Source of the DNA: Trichosphaerium sp. ATCC 40318 | Lineage: Eukaryota > Protista > Tubulinea | Assembly: GCA_038496445.1 (NCBI GenBank) | Contig: JALMLS010000376.1 | Location: 310,001 to 374,000 of the forward strand | Direction of reading: 5' to 3' | DNA: 64,000 nucleotides | Shown here: piece by piece, positions 1-14,370 of the stretch | Numbering within the stretch: the first letter of the stretch is position 1 | Layout of the letters: every line of letters begins with the position of its first letter | Program-made: the position numbers and the translations under genes | Notes under the pieces: model-generated | What the model saw: only the letters and a program-made list of their open reading frames with translations | What the model was told of the DNA's origin: nothing | Databases searched by the model: none

Positions 1-3000
1 CTTTTAGACGCACCGCCACCGCTGCAACCACCGCATCTATACAATAGGTTAATTTCATTTTAAGTTGAGTTTTTTTACTTACTTCTTCAAACGAGTTCCT
101 TTACACCATGTACATGGGTCTTGCTTTTTATCTCTCCATTTGTCCATGTTGTCTGCGTATCTATCACGAGCTTTTTGGTTATTCTCTCTTATTCTTTCAT
201 TATCTCTTTGATGGTCATCACGTGCTTGTTGACGACGATCAAGCTCTTCATTCCTGTATTTTTCAGCTAAACGAACAATAAGTTTCTCAACATCCACGTG
301 ACTAACTGAAAAAAACAATGTAGAAATATAGTAATCTTACCAAGTCTTGCTATCTCTGATTCTTCATCTGCAGTTGCAGTAGCCGGAGTGAGGAGGAACT
401 GGATTGCTCTAGCTGCTGAACAAGGATCTGTTCTGATGTCTGCGTTTACCTCACAAATAATCTCATTTGACTTTGTGGACAACTTAAAGTCCATTGGAAC
501 TAGGGTTTTGGAGTTACCAAGATCTACAAAAGTTCTATTGTCTGGATCTAGTTTCAAGGTGAACTTCTTTATTTTAGCCCACGCTGACTTCAAATCACTT
601 TTTCTACTCATCAATACCTCGAAACTATACAAAAAAACAAAGTGAGTATGAATTAAGAAAAGGTTTGGGAATGTACTTAGTTCCTGTCCAGTTATTCAAA
701 CCACGTGTTAACATGTCGGCAGGAGCATCACCAACATTTTTACAATATTTAACATAGCTCTTTGCTGTGAATCCGGGAGCTGCTTTAAACTCGGCAGAGT
801 TGATGCAACTGCTCCAATCGATAACAAGTTCAACGCCAAGCTTAGTTCCAATCTTACCAGCAACACCTGATGCGAGATCAATTGCCTCAGCTAGTGCCCA
901 TGTTAATACGATATTTTTCTAAGAAGAAGAAAGAGATAGATAGGACTTACATTGCTTGAGTGGTCTAAGTTTGAGGAGGTCTTCAATACATTGACCAATA
1001 GGTTCATGTGTAGAAGATGGCTTCAACAAGTCCATAGCCATAGAAACAACAAGAGTTGTTCCTGACATTGCTGCACTGTATGGCTTCTTTGTGCCGTTCT
1101 TAGGGTCAATGACTAGTTTAATAGCAGTAACACGCTTCTCAACGTCTGCTTTTGTCTTTGGAAACTGTTTGAGATCCTTAAAGCTACAAAACAAGATGTT
1201 AGACTAACTCATAGCGGAAATAGTTGAAGGTTCATTGAACAACGGTTTAACGTACCCATAGGTTGAAAGCAAGGTTTCTCTGTACACAGCAGTATTGGCA
1301 TGCTTGATCATCGCATCCTGGGTAAAAGGTGTGATTGATCTGAAGTCCTCGGTATTGATAAATGACGCCCAATCAATTGAGAGTGCAATGCGTGTACTGA
1401 ATGACTTGTTCAACTCAGTTTGAATGGTGTCAAATGCCTTTTGAGATTCACTTCTTGCAATTGGTACAACAACATCGTAAAGGAAGGCAATGCGTTCTTT
1501 AACATCCTTAATCTTAGTGCATACGTCCAATATACCATTTAAATTCAAGGTGATAACAAGAGTCTTGCCTGAAATCAAACAGTAAGTAAAGGTTAAGTTT
1601 TTGGGGATTTTTTTATCTCATACCAGACTTTGTTGCGAAACTCGTCAGACGGCTATTATTGGTGACATCAACCTTGATCATAATATCATCGGTACTACTG
1701 CTGACAGTCTTTTTACCAATATCATGGTTTAAAACACCAACAAGACCCTAAAAAAAAGAATTAGAATCCGTCCGAGATTTTACCATCTATCGGTTGCATA
1801 CTCTGTCTGAAGCAACGGCATATTCGATAAATGTAGCCCAAACCATTGTGATAATATCTGCTTGAACTGCTGGCTTTAAGCCTCTGAATTCAGGCTTCAT
1901 AGTAAAGCCATCAAAATCAACGTCTGCATTGAGTGTTAGTGAATGCAAACGAGTTTTTGGTTCGTACCGATCTTCATCTTCTTTCCAATCTTGGCAGCAA
2001 GCTGTTTTTCTACAGCGTCATGACGCTTTTGCGCATTGCTCTTTGAAATAGGAACGATGAGGTTGTATTCAAACTCAACACGTGCTTTGTATCTACTCTT
2101 AATGGCAGCCTAACATAAGAAAGTCAGTAATGCTGGAACAGATGTTGTATTTCTAAGTATTACCTTTAGGTTATCTGGGTTTACAACAACTTTCAAGCAA
2201 TTTCCATCAATGATCAATTTACCATCATTAGTAGCGCCACTCTTAGCTGGAACATTGTATGTAACTTCCATAGAATTGATACGCGCTTGGACCTCCTTTT
2301 TACCCATAGGATGAGTACACACTTGGCCAAGACCGTTGACGAGTATGCTCCTGTAAAAAGACAATGTCAGAATTTGTAGTAAGTGGTTTGATAACGTACT
2401 TTGTTAGAGGAACCATATCGAAGATTGTTTTCTCAATTACGCTTGGTTTGAAGGCTAAAAATGAGCTGTTTTCTACAAAAGACCAATCCAATGTTGCACC
2501 GACTGTTTTACCGATGAGCTTAGCACCTAATCAAAAATGTCAGTTTTTCTTTGTTTTATGTGAACATGTTCTCGGTTTTGTTGACAATGCATTTGACTTA
2601 CCTTCTGCTTTGACTTTGTCCAAGAGAACAAGAACTTTTGCTTTGGCAACAGGGATGAGTGTACCCAAATCCCATTCAATATCAATCTTCCATTGTGTTG
2701 TATCAACTGTTTCACATAACCGCTTAAGTGGGCAGCAAATAACTAAGTCCTTTGTTGTTCTGTCGATTTTATGGCTATATTCCTTTGTTCCTGGGTTTAC
2801 ACGGATGCCATTAATCTATAAAAGACAGAATATAAGCAATCAAAACATCATATAAAAGAGGAAAAAGAGTGATTGTTTTTTTTGTAACAAAATGCTGTTT
2901 TCGATCCGCACCTGCTCATTGAAGCCTTTTTTGCCAATTGGGTGACTTGCAATATTCTCCATTACAGTATCAAAACCTGATAGCAAGTATTTACCAATAC

Positions 3001-6000
3001 CCATGATCATATCTTGTCTGACATTTGTTTCTTGTCCCAAGAAATTAAATGTCTTTATGAAGATATTCCAATCAATAGTAACAGGCATTGCCTTACCAAG
3101 AGTAGTACCAAACGTGGATTGGAAAGTTTCACGATTGACTTCCATAGCACTATACCAAATCAGTACACGTGTTTAAACAATGAATAAAAATAGTAAGCTA
3201 AAATCAACGTACAGTCTGTAGGTCTCGGATTCTAGAACAGGCATACATTTCTTTTCAAAATTGTACCAATCTTTATTGTACTCATCCAAGTTTCCTTTAA
3301 TAACAAGCGATCCATCATCTTCGAGCATGACGCAGAAATTACCGTAATCGTCATATGGTGCGTTAATATTTGATAGAGGATCATAAGTCAATACGATCTT
3401 CTTCACGCTTTTGGTGAAAGTGGCAGCCATGTCTGAGTGTTCAAGTAACAGTTTGGATAAACTACAATGTGGTTAGAGATCTGGTAAATAGTATCACGCT
3501 TAACCGTACCTATAAGAGCTGCTGTACAGAGCTTGAGATGTCTTCCTATCGTAGAGACGAGTACATATCTCAGTGTATGTTTTAAGAGGTTTGTAAGCCC
3601 GGAATTTCTCGTGTTCAGTGAAAGACCAATCAATCTCAATAGGAACATCATGTTTGCACTTAGACTTAAGCTGTTTTTGATGTTCAGCAAGCTTTTTGAC
3701 AGAATCTCTCTGTGCTTGAGATACCTATTTATAATTTAAGTATGTGAACTCAAACAAGCGAGAAAGGCAGATATATACGTACGCGTAGGTTAAATATTGG
3801 GTCCATTTTATCGTGAATGTTATAAACATCTTTAGAATACTCTTTCATATTCATCACGATAGCCAATGTTTTGCCTTCCAGTGTAACCTCGAAGTGTGTA
3901 CAATAGTCTCCGCCTACTTTAGACTTTACTTTATTCTCTGGGTCATAAGTGAATGTAATCTTATCAACTTGTGTAGATAAAGCTTCTTTGAAGATGTTAT
4001 CTTTGCAAAGTTTCTCCATGCTGCAACAAATTATTAATAATGACAAACAAAGAGTTGGGTTGAAAAAACATTGCTTACGAATAAGAGCTGTCCTTAACGA
4101 ACAGACGCAGTTGACGCTCTCCTATTTGCATCATGACCTTTGTTTGCTCATCTTGTGCCAATTTCTTAAATTGTGCACTATCTGTGAAGCTGTACAATGC
4201 TTGAAGAGCGATTTCCTTAAGGAACATTAGTTAACAGCAACATACATCACGTGAATGATTTATACCTTTCCTGCTGCCTTTGAGAGTAATTTTTGTAATG
4301 GAACAATCCTGGCGTTTACATCACGTTCTCCTTGAGCAGCACGCAAGTCCAAGAGTTTATCAATCTTAATCTTCAAATTATAGATATCTTGGTCGTATTG
4401 TTTGAGGTTAATTACGAATTTCATAACACCCTAATTAACACAAAGAAGTGAGTTTCTACGACATGTCACACTTTTAAAAGGCGTACATCAGCAATAGTAA
4501 CTTCATAGTGCTTTCCGTAGTCACCGCCAATCTTAGACTTAATCTTGCTCTCTGGGTCGTATGTGAAGACGATTTTATCAACCTGTACAAAGACCATTAG
4601 CACAAGGTTTTTTCCGGCTGTTCATTTACCTTCTCTGAGATCGCCTCTTGAAGAATTTTGTCCTTGCAAATATTAACAATACTATCGCTTGCTCTTGTCA
4701 ATGCAAGAGAAAGCTGACGATCTGCTAATCTCGAAATGAACGTAGTAAGCATGGTACGGTCTTTTTGCTTCAAGAATTTCTCGTGGTTAACAAAGTTATC
4801 ATAGTCTACTTCAATTACAATATCTTTCTTTGTCGCTTTTTTGATATCTCTTGTAAGTTGTTTATGATTCTTTGAGTAATCTCTGATAGCCTGAGCAACA
4901 CGAGTATCCAGAATCATTTCCATTTTATCTTCAATCTTATCGATATCCTTGTTGTACTGCTTCAAGTTGATAGTAATAACAAGATCTAAAGAGAAAACAA
5001 CATTAGCAAATCGAACAAACGAATTGAATACGTGACAAATGATAGACGAAGAAAAACAAAGGTGGTTATCTAGCTTGCGTACCTTTGTTTGGCATCAATT
5101 TAACATCATAGTGTCTTGCGTATTCACCACCGATTTTGCTCTTGATGGTACTATCAGGATCATACGTAATAACAATACGATCAATCTTTTCAGCGACAGC
5201 TGCCTTTACAATCTTATCATTCTTGGCAACAGCACCGAATGCTCTTGATCCAAACAAAGCGCGTCCAGCACGATGTAAGTAATCAAGGTACTGAGGTTTA
5301 GTGACTTTCTAAAAAGCAAAAATCAGAAAAAACACAGGAAAACAAAGCAAAGAGCACGTGGCCTGATACGTACACTTTTTTCAAAATTAGGACTAGAAGT
5401 AAAACTCCAATCTACTGTTACGGTGATTGGCTTCTTAACAGCTGACTTCATCTGCTTTGAGAGCTCAGTAAACTTCTTGAGGTAATCTTTAGTAATGTAG
5501 GCGGCGTTTGCTGGTGGCTCGAATCCTGCAACAGCTTTGAAGCTCGCATTAACTGCTGGAGTGGCTGCAGTCGCTGGTTGTGCACTTGGGGCTGGTGTAG
5601 CTGGTGAAGTTGGAGTTGCTGGTGTAGGTGCTGTTCCAGCGGTAATTGTAGGTGCTTCAGAGCTATCTGCCTGTCCGTTGCCTGAGAATTGACTAACTTC
5701 GATCTTTCCGCTGGCTGTTGTGTCCAAGTAAGTCTTAACAGTAGGTGGTACACCCAATTGGAATTTAACATCAGCTGGAGTTCCATTAAACATAGGAGCA
5801 AGTTTTTTTTCAGCGTAGTAGCAATCACTGTAAAGAGATTAGCAAAGACGAGACATGGGTGAAAAAGTATCATCTTGATGCCTTACCTAGTATGTTTTCC
5901 GAAGTTCATTGTAATCAATAGAACACCTTGACTTGAGAATTCGCATTGGTAGTACTTGTATCCGCCCAACTCATCATCAACTTCATCTTCAGTATCGTAC

Positions 6001-8648
6001 TTCCATACAACTTTAGTAATCTTCTGCGCAGCAAGTTCTTTAGTAGCGTCATCTAATTTACCCACTCTAAAAAAAAATTCGTGTCAGTAGCTACTGTGCC
6101 AAAAATTTATTGGAAAGTGGAGGTGTACATACCCATCACTGAGAACTTTTTTCAAGTGGTAATCCCAGATGTATGTAATAGATTTTGTTTGGTTATCTTG
6201 AGTGAGCTCTTTAAACTCATCAGATGTAATAAACGTCCAATCAATCTAAAAGAAAAACCTCGTCAAAAAAAACTGGACAGAGAATTCGTCAAAGAGAACA
6301 TACTTCAATAGGTATTGTTTTATCAATCTTATCATCAAGGAACTTTTGGCAATCTTCAAGCTTCTCTTTGGAATCACGGATTCCTAGTGGACCTCGTAGC
6401 TTAAATATCTCCTCTAAAATCAACATAAGAAACCAGACAAGACAACAAGAAAAAATTAAGTACCAAGTTTTTTGTTAAAGTAGTAACAATCGCTGGAGTA
6501 CTTGTCCAAGTTCTGAGTGATTGTCATTACACCATTTTCTAGTGTCACTTCGTAGTACTTATATCCGCCAACTTCGTCATCAACTTCACTTTCAGGGTCG
6601 TAACGGAAGATAATTTGGTTGACTTTCTTTTGGATTTGTTCTTTCCAAAGGTCATCCTTATCAGCTATACCACCAAGACTAACAAAAAAGTGAGATAAAA
6701 AAATCGCATCAACAAATCACGTGATTCAACTAATAAAAAACGTCTTCTTACCCAGCACTCCTATCAGTGAGTGTTTTTTTCAAATGATAATCCCAGATGT
6801 AATCTAATTGTTTAGTAATATCGGTGAGCCTTTCTTGCTTAGCAAAAGCTTCGTGACTTGCGAAAAAGCTAAAGTCAATTGCAATAGGAATCTAAAACAA
6901 CGTATTAGGATTATGTTAAGGCAGCATTTAGACGAAGTTACCTTTTTCTCAATTTGGTCTTCTAAAGCTTCCTCTATCTCAGATAGCTTTTCAACTGATT
7001 TTGCAATACCCTGGGCAATACGCAAGTTTAAGATTGGGTCCATCTTATCTTTCATATTGTAGCAATCGCTGCCTGAAAAGGAAAAAAGAGTTAGCAGACG
7101 TCCAAAAGAAATTAACAAGTAGCAAAAAGAACGCACTGTATTTTCCCAAGTTTTGTGTGATTACGAGAACACCTCCAAGTAGCTCTACTTTGTAGTACTT
7201 GTAACCCCCTAATAAAAAAGTGAGACATAAGAAAACAACAAAGACCTTAAAGATGGCTGCTATCACGCACCGACATCATCATCAACCTCATCGCTAGGGT
7301 CGTATCGGAACATGACTTTATTGATACGCTCTTGTACTGCTTTTTTAGTTACCTCATCCTTCTCACACATCCAACCGAGTCTGAATTGATGACATGTTAG
7401 AACAAACAAACAAGAAAGTTGCGTTAATTACCCGTTGCTATCAAGAAGTGTCTTCTTAAGGTGATAATCCCAGATATAACTCATAATCTTTGTCCAATCT
7501 ACAAGCTTGTTCTCTTTGAAGGCTATGAAGAAAAGGTTAATAAAAACCCATAAGAAGTATGCTACCACCCCCCCAAAAAAGTCATCTTGTCAACATATAC
7601 AAGAGTTTCCCACATGTGTTTAAACTAACCTTCAGACTCAACAAAGAAGTTCCTAGAAGTAGGTTAGTTTCAAACCAGTAAGTGAACAGTTTATAAGTGC
7701 TCCAAGAGTAAGGTAATGTCGTACCAATCGATGACAACTTCAATTTTCTTTTCGACTTTATCTTCTAGTTTTTCAACAATTTCTTCCAACTTTTCAATTG
7801 AATCACGAATACCCTGCTTGATTCGCAATCGAAAGATATCATCTAAAACAATAATAGTAAGTACGGTTACCAATTAGGATGTAATGGAATTTAAAAAAAG
7901 TGTCTACCGTAGATTGTTGCCGCTTGGTAAAGATCGCTTGTGCACTTTTCGAGGTTTTGAGTTATCTTGAGCGTTTTACCCTCCAAAACGATATTATAGT
8001 ACCTAATGTACGTTAATACGATTACCAAGTGTTTAGAGCGTACTTGTAGCTATTAACCTCGTTCTCTACTTCGTTTTCTGGATCGTAAGCGAATACTACT
8101 TTATCTACCTTTTCTTGTATCTCTTTCATCCATATTTCGTCTTTTGTGCACAGCGCACCAAGTCTACGCTTTCGTAAATAAAAATAACGTTTATTGTTAA
8201 CGCTCCAAATAAAGAAACACGTTAAAAGTAGTATAAAGGCGGCTGGATTGAACTACAAGGTAATGGACAAAATATCGTCGGAGTAAACCAACGATACATA
8301 AAAATACATTATACGTTGAGTATAGAACCGCCAGTGTGTTAAAATTTGTTCAAAATGCGTTTTAAGCTTTTGTAGAAAAAAACGTTTGTAACGCACGAAT
8401 CACTGTTGGCTGTAAGAGCTTTCACCAAGTGGTAGTCTCCAATATACGTTACAGCGTTTTTTTGGGCATTCTCAGACAACTACAACAATAAGGGCTATAC
8501 CACTGCTCAAACTACGCACGTCTTTGAAGTCAGCATGGTCTAGAAAAGCGAAATCGACCTCTATGGCTATTTTCTTTTCTACTTTATCTTCAAGGGTGTC
8601 AGCCAGATCAGAGATCTTTTCAAGCAGAGCTGCCTTGTGAGAAGCCAT
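1..8648 (-). CDS. Giant tandem-repeat protein (about 13 copies of a ~120-aa unit, Pro/Ala/Thr linker, coiled coil, C-terminal CxxCxGxG-like zinc motifs); multi-exon, 3' end outside window
   Basis: ATG at 8648 (MASHKAALLEKI). Exons join via GT-AG introns. Recurring unit: IxIxVDWxF...LGxxxxD...KIxFxYDPxxxV...GGxYxxY.V.L....L.IxxNL. Ends CTWCKGTRLKK / CRCGGCSGGG at the window edge. Confidence 0.8.
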
Positions 8649-9428
8649 TCTTACAAATGTTAGTCAAGTTTTCTCTGTACTACACTTTTCGGTTTTCCAG
8701 CTACGGTTTTTAGAAATTTCAAGCTTTTTAAGCCCATGCCTGAAAAAACAGGAATGTAGTCGATAAACTATGTATATGAAAGCAGGTAGTGGATTGTTTA
8801 AAATTGACATTATTGCCCGGTGAAATTCAGAATTTTTCATTCTTTGCATGCTTTTGGGTAAACCCATAAAACTACCCAATTACGCTCTTACCACCTCACA
8901 AGGCTAAATAGGTCCATTAAGGACAAAACAACTTTTTAGCTAAATACAACTGGTGACAATGCACCTATAAACGCATACTTCAGCTTTTCCACGCTAATTA
9001 AACGCGTATATATGTAAGTTGTATGACTTTTTCCACAATAAACTGAGTAGTTCATTCTGGCACATTGCGTTGGTTCACGCTTGGATTTATGGCGTATTAT
9101 GACGGGAGGACATGTTGTAACCCTTGTGGCAAGTTGGATAGTCTGTTCAGGCGTTGTTGAGCAAAGTTCATTGAACATTTTTCGCAGTGGCTTTACATTA
9201 ACAGAAACTGACAGCTGACACCTAATTCCATCACTATACGCTTTTTTGAGTCGAGTAGATCCCAATATGTTCATTTTATTTGTGTCACAACTTCCAGTAG
9301 TTTCTTAAAGATTTAGACGTGATAGCACGCTAGCTCACTTTTCTTTTATGCCGTATACTTGTTTATATGGCGTTGGACACGCCTGGGACGGCGTTTTGGT
9401 ATTGGTTTGTGTCAGTATTCCTACAAGC

Positions 9429-11268
9429 TTAAAATTTTGTTCTTCGTTTTTTTGAGGCAGGTTGTGGTTCTGTTTCACGTGCTGCTTCTCTTTTCTTTGC
9501 AAGTCTTGCACGTAACTTTAGCCAATTTGATCCCTTAGCACTCTTGGATACAGTTTCTAGATAATTTGTTAACGAGAGACCTTGCTATGTGCTTCAAAGT
9601 TAACACTTGCCTTCACCATCTGTTTGTTGCTTTTTTTTTGATTTCTTCGGAACAGCGTATTCTAGTTTTGCGAGCTGAGTTACTACACGTCCATCTGCGA
9701 ATGAAACTTGAAGCTCTCTCGCTATTTTACGCGTAATACGATGTACTTTCAATGCTGCTTCATTCTGAAGGAAAAAAATAGAAGTGTCACATGTCGCAAT
9801 GCGCAAGCTTAAAAAGAAATTAGAGATGTCATTCATTGTTTCAATAAAAATAAAAGAAACAACATCCATACCTTTTGCTATTAGCTTCTTGTGTACCCTC
9901 TCTGTATAAATGATTTTTTTGTTTAATATTTACCCAACATTGTGTATATTTTGAAAGACGAACTCGCCTCCTATGTTTCGTTAGCACATTTCTGTGTAAA
10001 AAAAACTCAAGTTGGATGTTACCATTCTCTTCGTTTTGGTTGGTGTGGTATATATACAACAAATGTGAGTGGTTTGTTTGTTTTATACAATAATACATCA
10101 AGCTGTTCAGCCATCTTTGTGATGAAATTCTAGAAGTAAACGAATGAGTCTTTGACTGCAAATAAAAGTTGATTTGTTAAACGTTTTCTCAATGTGTCAC
10201 TTTTTTGACATTTTGCATGACGTACAGCTGAAAACGGAGGATTTGCTTGGTATACGCCAGATACGATATCTGTTCTATCAAAAAAATTACCAGTACTACC
10301 AAAATACCTATCAATGTCTTTGAAAGCACTACAGTACTCCTGAAATAAAAGTTATAACATAGTAACAAAAAAATCGTTCAATGTGACACATACGTCGCAA
10401 TTGCAATTGAAAGGTGATGCAAAACATTCTGCTTTAACTGATAAGTAATCTTTCAATACTTTGAAGCATTTCTATCAAGGTAAGGCTTAGTTACCTTGCA
10501 ATTTTAAACAAACAAGATTATTACAACGTACTGGTGGAAGAGCTGCTTGGAGGCCAGTAGCACGCAAAGATTTGTAGCGAAGAAGCTGATAAAAGGTTAA
10601 TAAAAATAAAAAAATGACAAAAAGTGTCAAAACTCGTTTCTGGCGTACCAGGCAGCCCAAATCGTTCTCAAAATTATCTTCTCCTCTGCCATGCTTTTTA
10701 TAAAGGTTTTGTAGATGGTAGAATTGATGTGCACCAAGTTTAAATTCTTTGACACCTGTCTTGAGTGTTACTAGTCATTTTTTTTACCTTTTTTTTTTTT
10801 ACTAAACGAACCGATTGTAACGTCTATAATCTCTCCGTGCTTTTCTAAGTCTGTTTCTAAGGCGTTTGGTTGTTTTTCAACTAATTCTACCGCTTTACGA
10901 TCAATATAATCATGTATTTGCTTATTAATATCTTTGGCTTGCTCATCGTCCATACCGCCTATCAATAATAAGCTAAATGGAAATACGCGAGAAAAAAATT
11001 ACAAACAGCTAAGAATGGTTGTCTACGCACAAGCTTTAAGTGTTTTTTCCATTGGATACCGTTTTATCATCGTAGATGATAAGTATGGTAATTTTCCTTC
11101 GTCTAGTTCTCGTAGAGTGTCAAAATACCAATTTTGAATAGCCAGAGACAGTTTCTTCTTATATTTTGGCAGTTCTTCAACAATTGAATCTATTTTAGAG
11201 TACAGGCACTCGAATAGAGAGTTTGTATGATACTCCTTCGCTAAATTGCATACTCTGTCGTCCTCCAT
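9429..11268 (-). CDS. PCIF1: PCIF1/CAPAM-like cap-adenosine N6 methyltransferase (catalytic domain; no WW domain seen)
   Basis: Spliced motifs GLQAALPP, ECFASPFNC, YCSAFKDIDRYFGSTGNFF, GVYQANPPF (NPPF at ~10230-10245) and PLTFVVYIP match the PCIF1 methyltransferase fold. Basic C-terminal tail (KKRRTKF). Confidence 0.85.
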
Positions 11269-11413
11269 TATGATTATTGCAAATGTCAAAAAACAAATCA
11301 GAAAATTTGGCTTAAGTCAGAGCCAAGGCTTGTCTTGTATTTACATTCTCTATGCTACATATTTTTGAGTACAAGGTTGACGAAGGCTTCTATGTTGAGC
11401 AACTGTATTGTTT

Positions 11414-14102
11414 TCAATCAAGGATATTCGCCCAATCTTCCATCGATGTAGACATTGAACACATGGTATTAATATTATCATCAACAATCTATTCGACTAT
11501 TAACAACACATAATTTCTTTTCGACTATCGTACTCCAAGAGCTTCATCTAGTTTTGGTGATACGCTATCTGTATATCCTAAACCAGGAGATGTAACAGGA
11601 GATAAATCAGGAGATAGGCCAGGAGATGTAATAGGTAGTACATCAGCAGGAGACCAAGGAGTAGTTGGAAGCATTGGATCAAAATTCATGACTACTAAAC
11701 GTCTGTTATGTTTTGGAACTTAGAGCTTCCTGCGTACCATCAGTGGAAGGCTGTTGAGAATCTGTCGCTACACCACCTATAGCTTCATTTGTGGTATACA
11801 CGGGTAGCGTCATAACAGGAAGGGGTTCGACCCTCGTAAGTTTTGGGATTTTTACCGCAGGCAATGTGTATCCTTGATGTTTTAGTTGAAGCAATGCTGC
11901 TGCCACTGATTTATTGTTTGACACACCAAATATAGGGATATAAGCTTCATTAGGGTCTACAGTATGCTGGCTATTTAGAGAATCTAGCATACTCTAAATA
12001 TGTATTAATAATAAAAAGCTGTGACTTTTTTTTCTTGAACCTGAATGACAAGCAAATTAAGAGGCCATCTAAAATAATATAAGCAGTCGACTCGAGGGAT
12101 ATCAATATGCAAAGTACTTACCGCGGTCCTGCCATTTGCAGAATACTAACACAACGAACAATCTCAGAAATTGCGCCAACTGCTGCAAAACACTAAAAAA
12201 AAAAGTGATTATCTTTCTTTAGGCAAGCAAGCGTGCCTCTATTAATAACTTGCAATGGAGAGAAGTACTAGGAGATCCATGTGGTAGTTCCTGCTCGACT
12301 AAGTCAAGCGCGTGAGAAAAAATAACGTGATAGCGGCGACATACCCTGCTCCAACACTTTAACCGCTTCCTACCATGGTGAGTTCTATACTGTTTTTTTT
12401 TTTTGAAATAAAAAAGTACTTTGTAGCCTCCTGTTGGATCTCCACAACATATTTTTAGTTTAGCTGATATGACCACACCAGTCAATTCACTACGGAACAT
12501 TGAACAAGAATGTGTTATTTGTTTGGCATGCATCAAGCGAAGCTAATTAACGATATTAGTCAAACTTGAAAAGTAACTAAAATGTTGTTGCATTATTATA
12601 CCACACAATTAGTCTTATCTGTAGCACTAAACATCATTCCACTTTGTAGTACTGCTTCCATCTAGTAACAAGTAACCGAAAGCGAAGAAAAGAGTAAAGT
12701 TCCAACCTGCATATTTACTCTCATTACAAGGCAAAAGGCATATATTGCCTTGTTCAATTCAGAAAGTGTATTAGGGTCACCTAGTAACTTGTTAAATACA
12801 GCTACGAATCTGAGTCCGGATTTGTTGTTGTGAAGAGGGTACCACCAGAAATCTCAAGCATTCGACAACATAAAGCATCAGCAGCTTCGAATTGAACACT
12901 TGACTTCATAAACTTGAGTTGATGCCAACTGATTAAGTTAAACAAGGATTCACATTCATTTGTTATTTGTGCTGTGTCATGTGAGTTAAATTTTTTTTTT
13001 CGAACATATGGTAAGCACGTGTCAAAATCTGATGGTCACGTGGTAAGATTTTAGTACCTTTTGGAAGAAGTCTTTTACACTCTGAAGCTTGGTGGTTAGC
13101 TAAGTTAGTGTATATTGACGATTGTACTACATCTCCACAAAGAAAGTACATCGCCGCCATCATACTGAATCCCGCTAGTTCAGTTGTAAGTAAAAAATCA
13201 GTTTAATACGTATAAAAAATCAGTGGAGATACGGGCACACTAGAGTCGAGAAACCGCAACTTTTGAGTTTACTTGGAGCGTGAAATTTTTTTGTTGGATC
13301 GATAATTTTTTTTTACTTTTTGCAAAAGAAAGCGCACCTGCAGTATAAGGGTGCGGCTCAGTTGACACTTGATGATTGATTGTCTTGGACATTGCCTCCA
13401 ATTGCATTTTATGGTGGTTGTTTCCAGAAATGAAGGCGCCCAGGGCAGCTGCTGTATACGCTTGAAAAGCATACGGGGAAACTATTGCGCGTTTAATATC
13501 CGTTTCAGTATTGACCTTATAAATACCTGCTAGACCACCCGAATCGAGAGAATTTCTGCTGACGCCAAACGGAAAGATACCACCAACTTCAGAATTGTAT
13601 AACTCGTCTACGTAATGAAACACAATGGTAGAATTCATCTAAACACCTTGTTAAATCGTCTTAATGCGGACAAACGTTACTGCGTACAAGTTGCATGTCT
13701 ACACCAGCCGTTGCGAGTGAATTAACTGTGACGGCTTGAGATGTCGATTGATTTGCGCTTGCGCTTGTAAGCTTAGCTATTTGGAATTTTTGCTCTCTAA
13801 CAAGCTTTTCAAGCGCTTCAATCCTATCAACGTATTTTTTTCTGTATCCTTTGATTGGTTTTAGATTTAAAATATGACATTTTGATACCTGGACGCGGCC
13901 CACGCTTCTTGGGAGCTACGTACACGCATACACTCTTTGATTTAATACAAAAACTACACGGATTGCCTAACATGTTTCAATGGAACGTCAACCACATACA
14001 CTTACCTCCGTCACACTTTTCATGACGTTTTCTACATTGAAGACACGCTGGTGAACCGACAGCCTTGTCTGCCCGTTTACGTTTTTTTTTTGGTGGTTCC
14101 AT
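11414..14102 (-). CDS. Zn(II)2Cys6 binuclear-cluster transcription factor
   Basis: MEPPKKKRKR (NLS), then [35 protein letters not shown] and a coiled coil (RIEALEKLV); Ser/Pro-rich C-terminus. Confidence 0.85.
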
Positions 14103-14370
14103 ACCCACGCTAGGCTACAGAAACTAATAAGCGCTTAATAGACGAAGCATAAGTCGCATTTGTAACTGTTGTGCACTATCTGAAAGGAGTATTTATTCGG
14201 CGCACTGCGTTCGTGTTACAACTTTCCCTCGGATTGAGCCTTGACGCGTCAATTATTCTTACCATCAATACTGTGGCTATTTGCAAAAAAACTAGGACGT
14301 CGCACTACAAGGCTTTTTAATTTGACGCCGAAACCCTTTGACATTAGAGCTTGTTCTTTTCTTTTTAGAA

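Noticed and set aside
11820-11836. GGTTCGA T-loop-like motif suggesting a tRNA
   Set aside because: Lies in a coding exon of the Zn2Cys6 gene; no cloverleaf can be built.
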